Source of the DNA: an uncultured Actinomycetes bacterium
Lineage (GTDB): Bacteria > Actinomycetota > Thermoleophilia > Gaiellales > Gaiellaceae
Direction: 5' to 3'
NCBI GenBank assembly: GCA_963796265.1
Contig: CAWCLA010000004.1
Span: 5,873-69,872, forward strand
DNA length: 64,000 nt
Part shown: in pieces, positions 46,655 to 56,221 of the stretch
Position numbering within the stretch: position 1 is the stretch's first letter
Layout: each line of letters begins with the position of its first letter
Made by a program: the position numbers and the translations under genes
The notes under the pieces: generated by a model
The model's database searches: none
What the model was told of the DNA's origin: nothing
The model's input: only the letters and a program-made list of their open reading frames with translations

Positions 46655-47604
46655 GACCGGGACAGGGCCCTCAGGCTGAGCAGCTCGTAGGCGACGTTCG
46701 CGGCCGCGAGCGCCGTCTGCTGGCCCGGCCCGTCGTACGGCGGCGAGACCTCCACGACATCCGCGCCCGCGAGCTCGATCCCCCCCAGTGCCCGCAGGAA
46801 GGAGAGCGCTTCCGCCGTCGACAGGCCGCCGACCTCCGGCGTGCCCGTGCCGGGCGCGAAGGCCGGGTCGAGCACGTCGACATCGAAGGAGATGAAGACG
46901 GGGCGTGCGCCGGCACGCTCGCGGACGAGAGAGGCGTAGCCACCCGGCCCCTGGATCCGCAGCCCGTCGCACGACAGGACCGCGAAGCCGAGAGCGCGCG
47001 CCGACTCGAGGTCCTCGGCACCGTAGAGCGAGCCGCGCAGGCCGGCCTGCACCGACGCCGCCGGCTCGATGAGCCCCTCCTCCAGCGCCCGCTTGAACGT
47101 CGTGCCGTGGAAGAAGCGCTGGCCGAAGTACTCGTCCCACGTGTCGCCGTGGGCGTCGAGCTGGACGAGGGCGAGCGGCCCGTGCCGGCGCGCCAGAACG
47201 CGCAGCTCGGGGAGCGTGACCGAGTGGTCGCCGCCGAGCGCGAGCGGGAAGACGCCGGCGTCGACGAGCGGCGCGAGCGCCTCCTCCACCTGCCCGTAGG
47301 TGCGCTCGGTGTCGCCGGGCGACACGGGAAGGTCGCCGTAGTCGACGATGGAGAGAGTCTCGACGACGTTCACGTCGAGCGCCGGGTTGTACGGCCGGAG
47401 CAGCGCCGACGCGGAGCGGATCGCCTCGGGGCCGAAGCGCGGCCCGGTGCGATAGCTCGTCGCGGTGTCGAACGGGATGCCGTAGACGGCCGCATCGACG
47501 CCGGCGAGCTCCCGCGTGTGCGGCGCGCGCATGAACGTCCGGATTCCCGCGAAGCGCGGCATGACCTGCGCATCGAGCGGCCTGTGGTGCGGCGGGGCCG
47601 GCAC
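46645..47604 (-). CDS. speB: Agmatinase / guanidino-acid hydrolase (ureohydrolase family)
   Basis: GGDHSVT, LDAHGDT, SFDVDVLDPAFAPGTGTPE and GADVVEVSP. I chose the GTG at 47604 because homology (PLDAQVMPRFAGI) extends upstream of the first ATG. Confidence 0.88.
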   Translation of the reverse strand: MPAPPHHRPLDAQVMPRFAGIRTFMRAPHTRELAGVDAAVYGIPFDTATSYRTGPRFGPEAIRSASALLRPYNPALDVNVVETLSIVDYGDLPVSPGDTERTYGQVEEALAPLVDAGVFPLALGGDHSVTLPELRVLARRHGPLALVQLDAHGDTWDEYFGQRFFHGTTFKRALEEGLIEPAASVQAGLRGSLYGAEDLESARALGFAVLSCDGLRIQGPGGYASLVRERAGARPVFISFDVDVLDPAFAPGTGTPEVGGLSTAEALSFLRALGGIELAGADVVEVSPPYDGPGQQTALAAANVAYELLSLRALSRSQG

Positions 47605-47615
47605 GCTCGCCGGCG

Positions 47616-49127
47616 CTACCGCGTCTGCGGGAAGCCGAGGTCGACCCGCGAGGTGGCCGGATCGGGCCAGCGTGACGTGACGACCTTGCCGCGTGTGTAG
47701 AAGTCGATCGCCTCCGGCCCGTACACATGGCGGTCGCCGAAGAGCGACGACTTCCAGCCGCCGAACGAGTAGTACGCCACCGGCACGGGGATCGGGACAT
47801 TGATCCCGACCATCCCCGCCTGCACGTCGAACTGGAACTGCCGCGCCGCGCCGCCGTCGCGCGTGAAGATCGCCACCCCGTTGCCGTACGGGCTCCCGTT
47901 CACGAGCCGCACGGCCTCCTCGTAGGTCGCGACGCGCGTCACGCCGAGCACCGGGCCGAAGATCTCGTCGACATATGCCTTCATCGCGGGCGTCACGCCG
48001 TCGAGGAGGCTCGGGTTGAGGAAGAAGCCCTCGCCGGGCACGCCCTCGCGGCCGTCGACGACGACCGTGGCGCCCTCGGCCGGCGCATTCTCGACGTACG
48101 AGGCGACCCGGTCGCGATGCTCGCGCGTCACGAGGGGCCCCATCTCGGAGGACGGGTCCATCCCGTCGCCGACCCTCACTTTCGGGATTCGCTCCCGGAT
48201 CGCGTCGACGAGCGGCTGCGCGACGTCGCCCACGGCGACGACGACCGAGACGGCCATGCACCGTTCGCCCGCCGAGCCGTAGCCCGCCGAGACGGCCGCG
48301 TCGGCAGCGGCGGCGACGTCGGCGTCGGGCAGGACGATCATGTGGTTCTTCGCGCCGCCGAGCGCCTGGCAGCGCTTGCCGCTCGCGGTCGCCTTCTCGT
48401 ACACGTAGCGGGCGATGGGCGTCGAGCCGACGAACGAGATCGCGGCGACGTCCGGCTGCTCGAGGAGCGCGTCGACGGCGACGCGGTCGCCCATGATCAC
48501 GTTGAAGACGCCGTCGGGCAGGCCGGCCTCGCTCAGCAGCTCGGCGACCCAGAGCGAGGGCGACGGATCCTTCTCCGACGGCTTGAGGATGAAGCAGTTG
48601 CCGCACGCGATCGCCGGCGCCCACATCCACATGGGCACCATCGCGGGGAAGTTGAACGGCGTGATTCCGGCGACGACTCCAAGTGGCTGCCGGATCGAGT
48701 AGACGTCGATCCCCGTGGACGCCTGCTCGGAGTGCTCACCCTTGAGCAGGTTCGGGATGCCGCAGCAGTGTTCGACGACCTCGAGCCCGCGCGTCACCTC
48801 GCCGAGCGCGTCCGAGAACACCTTGCCGTGCTCGCGGACGAGGATCGCGGCGACTTCCTCGCGCCGCGCATGGAGCAGCTCGCGGATGCGGAAGAAGAGC
48901 TCCGCCCGCTTCGCGAGCGAGGTCTGGCGCCAGCCGGGGAAGGCGGCCCGTGCGGCCCGGACGGCCGCGTCGACCTCCTCGACGGTGGCGAAGTCGACGG
49001 CGCCGGTCTGGCGGCCGGTCGCGGGGTTGTAGACCGGGCCGCTGCGGCCGGAGCCGCCGTCGACGCGCCGCCCGCCGATCCAGTGCGGGATGCGGGTGGC
49101 GGTGGGTGCGTCGACCGTCTCGGTCAT
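47616..49127 (-). CDS. mmsA: CoA-acylating methylmalonate-semialdehyde dehydrogenase
   Basis: 503 aa from the internal ATG: ITPFNFPAMVPMWMW, GGAKNHM, GERCMA, VNVPIPVP-like INVPIPVPVAYYSFGGWK. Confidence 0.92.
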   Translation of the reverse strand: MTETVDAPTATRIPHWIGGRRVDGGSGRSGPVYNPATGRQTGAVDFATVEEVDAAVRAARAAFPGWRQTSLAKRAELFFRIRELLHARREEVAAILVREHGKVFSDALGEVTRGLEVVEHCCGIPNLLKGEHSEQASTGIDVYSIRQPLGVVAGITPFNFPAMVPMWMWAPAIACGNCFILKPSEKDPSPSLWVAELLSEAGLPDGVFNVIMGDRVAVDALLEQPDVAAISFVGSTPIARYVYEKATASGKRCQALGGAKNHMIVLPDADVAAAADAAVSAGYGSAGERCMAVSVVVAVGDVAQPLVDAIRERIPKVRVGDGMDPSSEMGPLVTREHRDRVASYVENAPAEGATVVVDGREGVPGEGFFLNPSLLDGVTPAMKAYVDEIFGPVLGVTRVATYEEAVRLVNGSPYGNGVAIFTRDGGAARQFQFDVQAGMVGINVPIPVPVAYYSFGGWKSSLFGDRHVYGPEAIDFYTRGKVVTSRWPDPATSRVDLGFPQTR

Positions 49128-49145
49128 GCTGACTAGCCTAACCGC

Positions 49146-49913
49146 GTGTCCGATCTCGTGGACTTCGTCGAGGCGCCGGGCCGCTTCATGGCGCCGACGC
49201 CCGGCGCGCTCGTCGTGCAGACGCCCCGCTTCGTGGTCGTCGCGGGAGCGGACGGCGTGTGGGCGTCGGTGCAGGGAGTCCGCCTGCGCGACGGCGAGGC
49301 GCCCGACGCCGTGGCGGAGGTGCGCGAGCTCCTCGCCCCCGCCGGCACGCGGGTCGTCAGCTGGTGGCTGAGCGACCGGGCGACCCCGGAGGACGTCGAG
49401 CAGCAGCTGCTCGCTGCCGGGCTCGAGCTCGTTGCCGACGACTACCTGCTCGACGGGCTCCTCGCGACGTCGCCTCCGCCGGCAGGCCCTCCCGACGTCG
49501 AGGTGCGACCTGCGACGACGGCCGCGGAGTGGGCCGCCCTGCGGGAGCTCCAGGACGGCGTGTTCGACAACCCACCCGAGCGCAGGGCGACGCGCGAGCA
49601 GCTCCTCGCGGAGTTCGGGCGCACGAGCGCCGTCCTCTTCGGCGCGTGGCTCGAGGGCGAGCTCGCCGGAGCCGGCGCCGCGACCCCTAGCAGCCGCGGG
49701 ATGCTCCTCTGGGGCGGGGCGGTGCGCGAGGACGCTCGCGGGCGCGGCTGCTACCGGGCGCTCGTCCGCGCCCGCTGGGACGACGCAGTCCGGCGCGGCA
49801 CACCCGCGCTGACCGTCAGCGCGAACGACCGGTCCGGCCCGCCGCTCCGCAAGCTCGGCTTCGAGCAGGTGCTCCGGTTCCGTCGGATCGAGGACGTACG
49901 CTCCGAGACGTGA
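49146..49913 (+). CDS. GNAT-family acetyltransferase (tentative)
   Basis: C-terminal half AVLFGAWLEGELAGAGA..GGAVREDARGRGCYRALVRARW..KLGFE (the motif A region RGRG). Confidence 0.6.
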   Translation: MSDLVDFVEAPGRFMAPTPGALVVQTPRFVVVAGADGVWASVQGVRLRDGEAPDAVAEVRELLAPAGTRVVSWWLSDRATPEDVEQQLLAAGLELVADDYLLDGLLATSPPPAGPPDVEVRPATTAAEWAALRELQDGVFDNPPERRATREQLLAEFGRTSAVLFGAWLEGELAGAGAATPSSRGMLLWGGAVREDARGRGCYRALVRARWDDAVRRGTPALTVSANDRSGPPLRKLGFEQVLRFRRIEDVRSET

Positions 49914-50041
49914 CGAAGGAGATCTGCCCGCGCTGCAACGCCGAGCTGGAGTGGCGGCACGGCACGTTTCAGTGCCCACGCTGCCGGTTGAAGATCGGCT
50001 GCTGCGAGGGCGAGACGGGCGACTGCCGCGACCCCGGTTAG
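49910..50041 (+). CDS. 43-aa zinc-ribbon microprotein (VTKEICPRCNAELEWRHGTFQCPRCRLKIGCCEGETGDCRDPG)
   Basis: The GTG overlaps the GNAT stop (GTGA). It has a CxxC-N12-CxxC pattern plus three further Cys. 40 of 43 third positions are G/C. It is below the ORF-track cutoff. Confidence 0.45.
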   Translation: MTKEICPRCNAELEWRHGTFQCPRCRLKIGCCEGETGDCRDPG

Positions 50042-50050
50042 GGTCCCCGC

Positions 50051-50437
50051 ATGCGCGCGCGGCTCGAGGAGCTCGAGCAGTCGGGGCTCGACCCGCGCTC
50101 GAGCGAGCTGCTCGTCGTCCTCTGCTGGCTCGTGCAGGACGACGTGGCCGTCGAGGAAGGCGAGCTCACGGGAGCCCGTCGCCGCGCGATGTTCGTCCTC
50201 GCAGCGGGCGGCGACCCGCACCGCGACCTCGGGCTCGACTCGATCGCGGCGGAGCGCCTCGCGGACGAGCTCGACACGCCCGAGCGGCGCGGGCAGCTCG
50301 CGGCCGCGCTCGACCGGTTGCCGGCGGGAGATCTCCCGGCGGTGAGCGCCGCGGTGGAGTCGCTCCGCGCCGATCCCGAGCTCGCCTGGCGCTCGTTCGC
50401 CCTCTCGCTCCTCGCTGACGAGCTCGCAGACGAGTAG
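50051..50437 (+). CDS. Acidic hypothetical protein (128 aa)
   Basis: The ATG lies 9 nt after the microprotein stop. High GC3 and Glu/Asp/Leu-rich composition. Confidence 0.45.
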   Translation: MRARLEELEQSGLDPRSSELLVVLCWLVQDDVAVEEGELTGARRRAMFVLAAGGDPHRDLGLDSIAAERLADELDTPERRGQLAAALDRLPAGDLPAVSAAVESLRADPELAWRSFALSLLADELADE

Positions 50438-50484
50438 GCGCCTCGGAAGAACTCGTCCGAGGCCGCTACTCTGGGCCCCAGTCC

Positions 50485-52434
50485 GTGGCGATCTCGAGAC
50501 CGGATCCTCGCCGTCGGTTGAAGCTCCCTCGCACCCTGCCGGGGAAGCGACAGCTCCAGCCGTACTCGCGCGTCGACGCACCGTACTTCCGCAGCCCCGG
50601 CTTCTACGTCCGCGTGGGCGGGCTCGCGGTGATCGTCGCCGCCGGGCTCTCGCTGCTGCTCCTGCGGGCGTGGTCGATCCAGGTGCTGCACGGAAAGCAG
50701 TACGCGAAGGACGCGCACCGCCAGGCGTACCGCACGGTCGACCTGCTCGGCGCGCGCGGCGCGATCGTCGACGACCGGCGGCGGCTGCTCGCCGGCGCGA
50801 GCGGACACGACGTCGTCGACGCCGACGCAGCCTCCCTCGGCAGCCGCGGCAGGCACGGCCGGTGGCGTGCCAGCCCGGCCGGCCTTCGGTCGCTTCGCCG
50901 GCTCGCGCAGCTCACCGGCACGCCCCGCGGCGTCCTCGTCGCGCGCATCAAGAGCGCGGTCCTCCACGCTCCCTTCGCGCCCGCCGTCGTCATCCCCCAT
51001 CCGAGCGCCGCGCTCACGAGCTACCTGCAGGAGCGAACCGGGACCTACCCCGGATTCAAAGTCGGGGTCGAAGCGAGCCGGAGCTACCCGCAGGGAGCCT
51101 TCGGCAGCGAGTTCCTGGGGCTGCTCGGCCAGGTGACCCGGCCGGAGCTGAAGGCGGGCGCGTACAAGGGCGCGCAGCCCGGCCTGGTCGTGGGCCAGTT
51201 CGGCGTGGAGGCCGCGTACGACTCGCTCCTCAACACGGGCTTCGTGAAGGCGAAGGTCCCCGTCGACTCGCTCGGCCGCATCGCCGGCGACCTCCGCGTG
51301 CCGCGGCAGAAGGCGCTGCCGACGTTGCAGCTCTCGATCGACCTGCGCCTCCAGAAGGCCGCGCAGAACGCGCTCGTCTACGGGATGGAGCAGTCGCGCC
51401 ACTACGGCTACTCGCCGACCGGCGCCTCGGCAGTCGCCATCGACCCGTGGACGGGAGCGATCAAGGCGATCGCGAGCTATCCGACCTTCGACGAGAAGCG
51501 CGCGGCCGAGAGCTCCGGGTACCTGACGCGGCTCTACCAGCAGACGTTGACGGCACCGACCCTGAACCGCGCGATCGCGGGGGTCTATCCGACCGGCTCG
51601 ACGTTCAAGCCGATCATCGCCGAGGCCGCGCTGAGCGGGGGGATCATCACGCCGTCCACGTCGCTCCTCTGCTCCGGCGCCTTCGCTCTCGGCGACACCG
51701 TCTTCCACAACGTCGAGGCCGGCATCAACGAGTACATGTCGCTCCCGACGGCGCTCGAGCAGTCCTGCGACACGTGGTTCTACCGCCTCGGCGCGGCGGT
51801 CTGGGCGGCGGATCCGCAGAGGAAGGCGACCCTGATCCAGAGCTGGGCGCGCAGGCTCGGGCTCGGCGCACCGCCGCAAGTCGACCTGACCGGCGCGGCG
51901 GCCGGGTACCTGCCCATGCCCGGCTCGCACTTCGAGAAGGTCGCCGGCACGCCCTACACCGAGGGCCAGGCGATCAACCTCGCGATCGGGCAGGGAACCC
52001 TCCAGGTCAGCCCGCTCCAGCTCGCCGTCGCCTACTCGGCGCTCGTCAACGGCGGCACGGTCGTGCGCCCGCACGTCGGCGAGGCCGTGATCAAGGACGG
52101 CGTCCGGCACACGCTGCCGTTCAAGCCGGTGCGGAAGCTCAAGCTCTCCCCCTACACCCCGGCGATCAAGCAAGGGCTCTACGAGGCGGCCAACGGCCCG
52201 AGCGGAACGTCGTCCAGCGTGTTTTCGGGCTTCCAGCCCACAGTCGCCGGCAAGACGGGCACCGCGGAGGCGGGCTGGCGCGGCGTGCACTCGTGGTATG
52301 CGTCGTGGGCGCCGTACGACCACCCCAAGCTCGTCGTGGTCGTGATGATCGAGCACGGCGGCTACGGCTCCGAGGCGGCCGCGCCGGCGGCGAAGCGGAT
52401 CTACGAGGCGTACTTCCACGAGAAGAGCTCCTAG
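50485..52434 (+). CDS. Class B penicillin-binding protein (PBP2/FtsI-type transpeptidase)
   Basis: N-terminal TM segment, a dimerisation domain, GSTFKPI (SxxK) and GKTGTAE (KTG). Confidence 0.88.
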   Translation: MAISRPDPRRRLKLPRTLPGKRQLQPYSRVDAPYFRSPGFYVRVGGLAVIVAAGLSLLLLRAWSIQVLHGKQYAKDAHRQAYRTVDLLGARGAIVDDRRRLLAGASGHDVVDADAASLGSRGRHGRWRASPAGLRSLRRLAQLTGTPRGVLVARIKSAVLHAPFAPAVVIPHPSAALTSYLQERTGTYPGFKVGVEASRSYPQGAFGSEFLGLLGQVTRPELKAGAYKGAQPGLVVGQFGVEAAYDSLLNTGFVKAKVPVDSLGRIAGDLRVPRQKALPTLQLSIDLRLQKAAQNALVYGMEQSRHYGYSPTGASAVAIDPWTGAIKAIASYPTFDEKRAAESSGYLTRLYQQTLTAPTLNRAIAGVYPTGSTFKPIIAEAALSGGIITPSTSLLCSGAFALGDTVFHNVEAGINEYMSLPTALEQSCDTWFYRLGAAVWAADPQRKATLIQSWARRLGLGAPPQVDLTGAAAGYLPMPGSHFEKVAGTPYTEGQAINLAIGQGTLQVSPLQLAVAYSALVNGGTVVRPHVGEAVIKDGVRHTLPFKPVRKLKLSPYTPAIKQGLYEAANGPSGTSSSVFSGFQPTVAGKTGTAEAGWRGVHSWYASWAPYDHPKLVVVVMIEHGGYGSEAAAPAAKRIYEAYFHEKSS

Positions 52435-52476
52435 CCACTCCTCGGCGTGTCATCAGCCGGAAAGTACGGTGGCCCG

Positions 52477-53376
52477 ATGCGGGCCGTGTGTCTCGTCCTC
52501 GCTGCTCTCCTTCTCGGAGCCGTGCTCGCGGGCTGCGCGGGCGGCGGAACGACGACGACTCGAGCGCAACCCCCGCGGCCGACGCGGCTCGCCGTCTATG
52601 CAGCGGGCGAGCGGATCGAGACGCTCCACTCCGGTCAGCGCCGCATCGGCCTGCCCGACCGGGTCGAGCTGCGGCACGGACGGGCGCGGTCGAGCGTCGC
52701 CGTCCCCCGCCGGCGTGCGCTCCGCGCAGTCAGGCAGGCGCTCGCGGCGCACAAGACGCGGATCGACCTGCCGGTCGTGCCGCAATGGTCGACGATCGCG
52801 CTCCGGCCGGTCCGCCAGGTACTCCACAACGACTGCGAGGCGACGGCCCTTTCGATGCTCCTCGCCGCGGCCGGAGTGAAGGCGGGACAGCTCGAGCTGC
52901 AGGCGCGGCTGCCGCGCAGCGGCCCGCTCGACCCCGAGCCGGTTGCGGGCAGCACGCTCTTCCGCTGGGGCGACCCCGCGCGCGGCTTCGTCGGCCGCCC
53001 GGCGGGAGGCGGCAGCGAAGGAGGGTTCGGTGTCTACGAGCCGCCCGTCCGCGCGCTCGCGGCGCGCTACGGGGTCCACCTCGTCGACCTGCGCGGCCGG
53101 AGTGTGGCGGCGGTCCGCTCCGCCGTCCTTGCCGGGCACCCAGTGCTCGCCTGGGTCGGGCTCGCGCCCGGGCCGTACCTCAGCTGGCTGACACCCTCGG
53201 GGCACAGGATCACCGTGAACCTCAACGAGCACGCGGTCGTACTCGTCGGCGCCGGCAACGGGTACCTCGACGTGAACAACCCGCTCAGCGGCAGCCGCGA
53301 GCGGTGGAGCAACGCGCTCTTCAGTGCGCGCTGGAAGCTGCTCGGCCGGCGCGCTCTCGAGCTCCCTCGCCAGTGA
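52477..53376 (+). CDS. Lipoprotein with a C39-like (YvpB-type) cysteine peptidase domain
   Basis: Lipobox LLGAVLAGC after the internal ATG. QVLHNDCEATALSM (Cys) and NEHAVVLVG (His). Confidence 0.65.
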   Translation: MRAVCLVLAALLLGAVLAGCAGGGTTTTRAQPPRPTRLAVYAAGERIETLHSGQRRIGLPDRVELRHGRARSSVAVPRRRALRAVRQALAAHKTRIDLPVVPQWSTIALRPVRQVLHNDCEATALSMLLAAAGVKAGQLELQARLPRSGPLDPEPVAGSTLFRWGDPARGFVGRPAGGGSEGGFGVYEPPVRALAARYGVHLVDLRGRSVAAVRSAVLAGHPVLAWVGLAPGPYLSWLTPSGHRITVNLNEHAVVLVGAGNGYLDVNNPLSGSRERWSNALFSARWKLLGRRALELPRQ

Positions 53377-54061
53377 GGGCGGGACGCCGCGCGAGCGCGA
53401 CCGCCGCCTCGTGCTCGAGCAGCTCGATCCGCACGTCCACGAAGCCCCGCGCCACGAGCATCTCCTTCCACGTCTCGGGCGTCGCGGGTCGCTCCCAGCG
53501 GCCGACGGCCACGCGCCATGCGTTGCGGACGATCCGGACGACCCCGGCCGGCCCGCGCTTGAGCAGCGCGACGACCTTCTCCGCGACGAGGCGGCGGTCG
53601 CGGGGCTCGAGCGAGAGCGAGAACATCATGTCGCAGATCACGAGCCGCCCTCCCGGCCGGAGAATCCGCCGCGCCTCGGCGAGGGCGAGCTCCTTGCCCG
53701 CGTCGTCGAGATGGTGGAAGGCGTAGTTCGAGACGACGAGCGTCGCCGACTCGTCACCGAGGGGCAGCCGTCGGAGATCGGCGGCGAGCGTCTCGACGTT
53801 GTGGATCCCGTCGGCCACCGCGGCGTCGTCGAGCCGGTCGAGCATCCGCTCGGAGATGTCGACGGCGACGAGCTCGTCGACGCGCGGCGCGAGTGCCAGC
53901 GCGAGGAGCCCGGTTCCGGCGCCGAGATCGACGACGAGATCGTCGCGGCCCGGCTCCGAGAGCTCGACGATGCGGTCGCGGATGGCGAGGAAGGCCTCGC
54001 TCGCTGCGACCTCCTCCCACGCTTCGACGCGCTCGTCCCAGCGGTACGGGTCGTCGCTCAC
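53321..54061 (-). CDS. Class I SAM-dependent methyltransferase
   Basis: VVDLGAGTGLLALALA (motif I), VAVDIS and LRPGGRLVICD. GTG at 54061. The 3' end overlaps the convergent lipoprotein gene by 56 nt. Confidence 0.8.
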   Translation of the reverse strand: MSDDPYRWDERVEAWEEVAASEAFLAIRDRIVELSEPGRDDLVVDLGAGTGLLALALAPRVDELVAVDISERMLDRLDDAAVADGIHNVETLAADLRRLPLGDESATLVVSNYAFHHLDDAGKELALAEARRILRPGGRLVICDMMFSLSLEPRDRRLVAEKVVALLKRGPAGVVRIVRNAWRVAVGRWERPATPETWKEMLVARGFVDVRIELLEHEAAVALARRPALTGEGARERAGRAASSAH

Positions 54062-54114
54062 GGCCGCAAGCCTTCCCCCGACGAGTGAGCGAACGATGAA
54101 GAGAACGCGCGCCG

Positions 54115-54336
54115 CTACCCGCGCGACGGCGGATCGTCGAGGCGTGCCCGGAGGCCGAGCAGCCACCGCGCGACGTCGTCGTCGCGGCTGAAGTCGATGC
54201 CCTCGAAGACGCAGCGACCCTCGAGCACCGCACCGCCCGGCTCCCAGAACGGACAGCCGCGCTCGGGACAGACCGCGCCGACGCCGACCGCCTGCTCGAG
54301 GCGGCAACGTCTCGGCTCGGCCGCGGTAACCCCCAT
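54115..54336 (-). CDS. Possible 73-aa Cys-containing small protein
   Basis: MGVTAAEPRRCRLEQAVGVGAVCPERGCPFWEPGGAVLEGRCVFEGIDF.. High GC3. I recognised no family. Confidence 0.35.
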   Translation of the reverse strand: MGVTAAEPRRCRLEQAVGVGAVCPERGCPFWEPGGAVLEGRCVFEGIDFSRDDDVARWLLGLRARLDDPPSRG

Positions 54337-54344
54337 CTCCGACG

Positions 54345-54502
54345 CTAGACGGCCCGCCGGGCCCGCATCCGCCCGGTGTTCCTCCGCGCCGGCTCGAGCG
54401 TGTCGTGCGCGACCCGCTCGAGCTCGCACGCACTGGTAATGCGGCTTCCGTAGCCGACGGAGCGAACGAGCCGCTTGCGCCGCAGGAGCTCGGCTCGCGT
54501 CA
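54345..54502 (-). CDS. Possible 52-aa basic small protein
   Basis: MTRAELLRRKRLVRSVGYGSRITSACELERVAHDTLEPARRNTGRMRARRAV. High GC3. It ends 8 nt before the next small ORF. The SD is poor. Confidence 0.3.
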
Positions 54503-54692
54503 TCTCGTGGTCTGTGGCGATCGGATACCTCCTATCCCGGCGATCTTGGGGTGTGCCCCTCGGGGCCACATCGGGGACGGCGCGGAACGGGAGAGGGCTA
54601 ACTACCGAGCACGCCGACTCCGTACTCGCACGCACTCCGTTTCGGGAACCGCCCCGATGCGCCGCTCCAGCGCCGGATGCACGCTGACCGTG

Positions 54693-55700
54693 ATGAGCAA
54701 CGAGCCCGATCGCGCCGAGTTGGAATCGCTCCGGTCGGAGTGGCGGGAGGCGCTCGACGCCGCTCGCGTTGCGCTCGAGGCCGAGGAAGGAGTGCTCGAG
54801 CCGGAGGAGATCTCCTCGCACGAGCGTCACCTGCGCGCGGAGTACCGGGGTGCGGCCGACGAGCTGCGCCAGTTTGCGCTCGACGAGGGACTGCCGACCG
54901 AGCTGGCAGAGCCGTTCCTGCCACGGGGTCGCGCGCGGCAGACGCTCGGGCTGCCGTCGACCATCCGCTCGTGCATCTTCCAGCTCGACGACGTGCTCGT
55001 CGGCAGCGCCGGCCTCCATCGCGAGGCCTGGACGCGCACGCTGAACGAGCTCGTCGCAACGCGCCCCGACACGTCATACGGGCGGCTCGTCGCCCCCTTC
55101 GAGCCCCAAACGGACTATCCGAGGCACATCGCCGGCCGGACGCGGCTCGAGGGCGTGCGGGCCTTCCTCTCGAGTCGCGGGATCCGCCTGCCGGAAGGAC
55201 GGCCCGACGACCAACCCGGCGCCGAGACCGTGCACGGCCTCGCGAACCGCAAGAACGAGTGGCTGGGGCTCCTGCTCGAGCGGCGCGGCGTGACGGCGTT
55301 CGACGGCGTCCGGCACTACCTCGAGCGCGCCCGCGACGCAGGCATCAGCTGCGCGGTCGTCTCGGCGAGCGCCCATACGGACGAGCTGCTCGAGCGGAGC
55401 GGTCTCAGCGAGCTCGTGGACGGAAGCGTCGACGCCGAGACGATCGAGACCGAGCAGCTCCGCAACCGTCCCGCGCCCGACCGGCTGCTCGCCGCCTGCC
55501 GCAAGCTCCACGTGGAGCCGAAGCGAGCGGCTGCCTTCGAGACGACCGAGGCGGGCGTGGCCGCCGCACGGGCGGCCGGGTTCGCCCTGGTCGTGGCGGT
55601 CGACCCTGGCGGAGATCCGGATCGCCTGCGGCAGCTGCGACTGGCGGGAGCCGACGTCGCCGGGCGCGGTCTCGCCGACCTGCTCGAGCGCTCCGCCTGA
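54693..55700 (+). CDS. HAD-superfamily hydrolase (beta-phosphoglucomutase-like) with a ~90-aa N-terminal helical extension
   Basis: CIFQLDDVLVGS (the DxD-type motif I, here DD), VVSAS, and ETTEAGVAAARAAGF..VAVD. Confidence 0.75.
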   Translation: MSNEPDRAELESLRSEWREALDAARVALEAEEGVLEPEEISSHERHLRAEYRGAADELRQFALDEGLPTELAEPFLPRGRARQTLGLPSTIRSCIFQLDDVLVGSAGLHREAWTRTLNELVATRPDTSYGRLVAPFEPQTDYPRHIAGRTRLEGVRAFLSSRGIRLPEGRPDDQPGAETVHGLANRKNEWLGLLLERRGVTAFDGVRHYLERARDAGISCAVVSASAHTDELLERSGLSELVDGSVDAETIETEQLRNRPAPDRLLAACRKLHVEPKRAAAFETTEAGVAAARAAGFALVVAVDPGGDPDRLRQLRLAGADVAGRGLADLLERSA

Positions 55701-55783
55701 GTACCGCTGCCGCCATCTCCGTGCTTTCCACGATGCCGCGTGGGCGGCGGGGAGAGACGATGACAGCCGAAGGGAGGTGGCAA

Positions 55784-56203
55784 ATGGCCATCGTCAAGTG
55801 GACACCCTTCATGGAGCTCGACTCGATGGAGCGCCGAATGCGGCGCCTCTTCGAGGAGATCGGCTTCGTTCCCACGCTCGCCCCCGCCGCGGACGTCTAC
55901 GAGACCGACGACGAGTTCGTCGTCGAGCTCGAGACTCCCGGCTACGACGAGAAGGAGCTCTCGATCGAGGTCTCCGACCACACTCTCGCGATCAAGGGTG
56001 CGCGGGAGAAGACAACGGAGGTGAAGAGGAGGGAGTTCGCGCTCCACGAGCGCCTCGAGCGCGGATTCGAGCGCCGCTTCGTCCTGCCGAGGGAAGCCGA
56101 CACCGAGCATGTGAAGGCGGTCTTCACCAAGGGCGTGCTCGAAGTGCACGCGCAGAAGGTGCCGACCGCAAAGCCGAAGAAGGTCGAGATCGCGGAGCCG
56201 TGA
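55784..56203 (+). CDS. Hsp20/alpha-crystallin small heat-shock protein
   Basis: The ATG follows GGGAGGTGG. PAADVYETDDEFVVELETPGYDEKELSIEV..FERRFVLP..AVFTKGVLEV. Confidence 0.92.
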   Translation: MAIVKWTPFMELDSMERRMRRLFEEIGFVPTLAPAADVYETDDEFVVELETPGYDEKELSIEVSDHTLAIKGAREKTTEVKRREFALHERLERGFERRFVLPREADTEHVKAVFTKGVLEVHAQKVPTAKPKKVEIAEP

Positions 56204-56221
56204 CCTGACGGCAGCGCAGAC

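Noticed and set aside
53321-53376. A 56-nt convergent overlap between the lipoprotein and methyltransferase genes, as a possible sign of a frameshift or misassembly.
   Set aside because: Both reading frames keep homology up to near their ends. The overlapping tails are simply low-complexity extensions before the first available stop. There is no evidence of disruption.
55701-55783. A heat-shock operator (CIRCE or HAIR inverted repeat) upstream of hsp20.
   Set aside because: I found neither TTAGCACTC-N9-GAGTGCTAA nor CTTGAGT-N7-ACTCAAG-like inverted repeats in the 83-nt upstream region.
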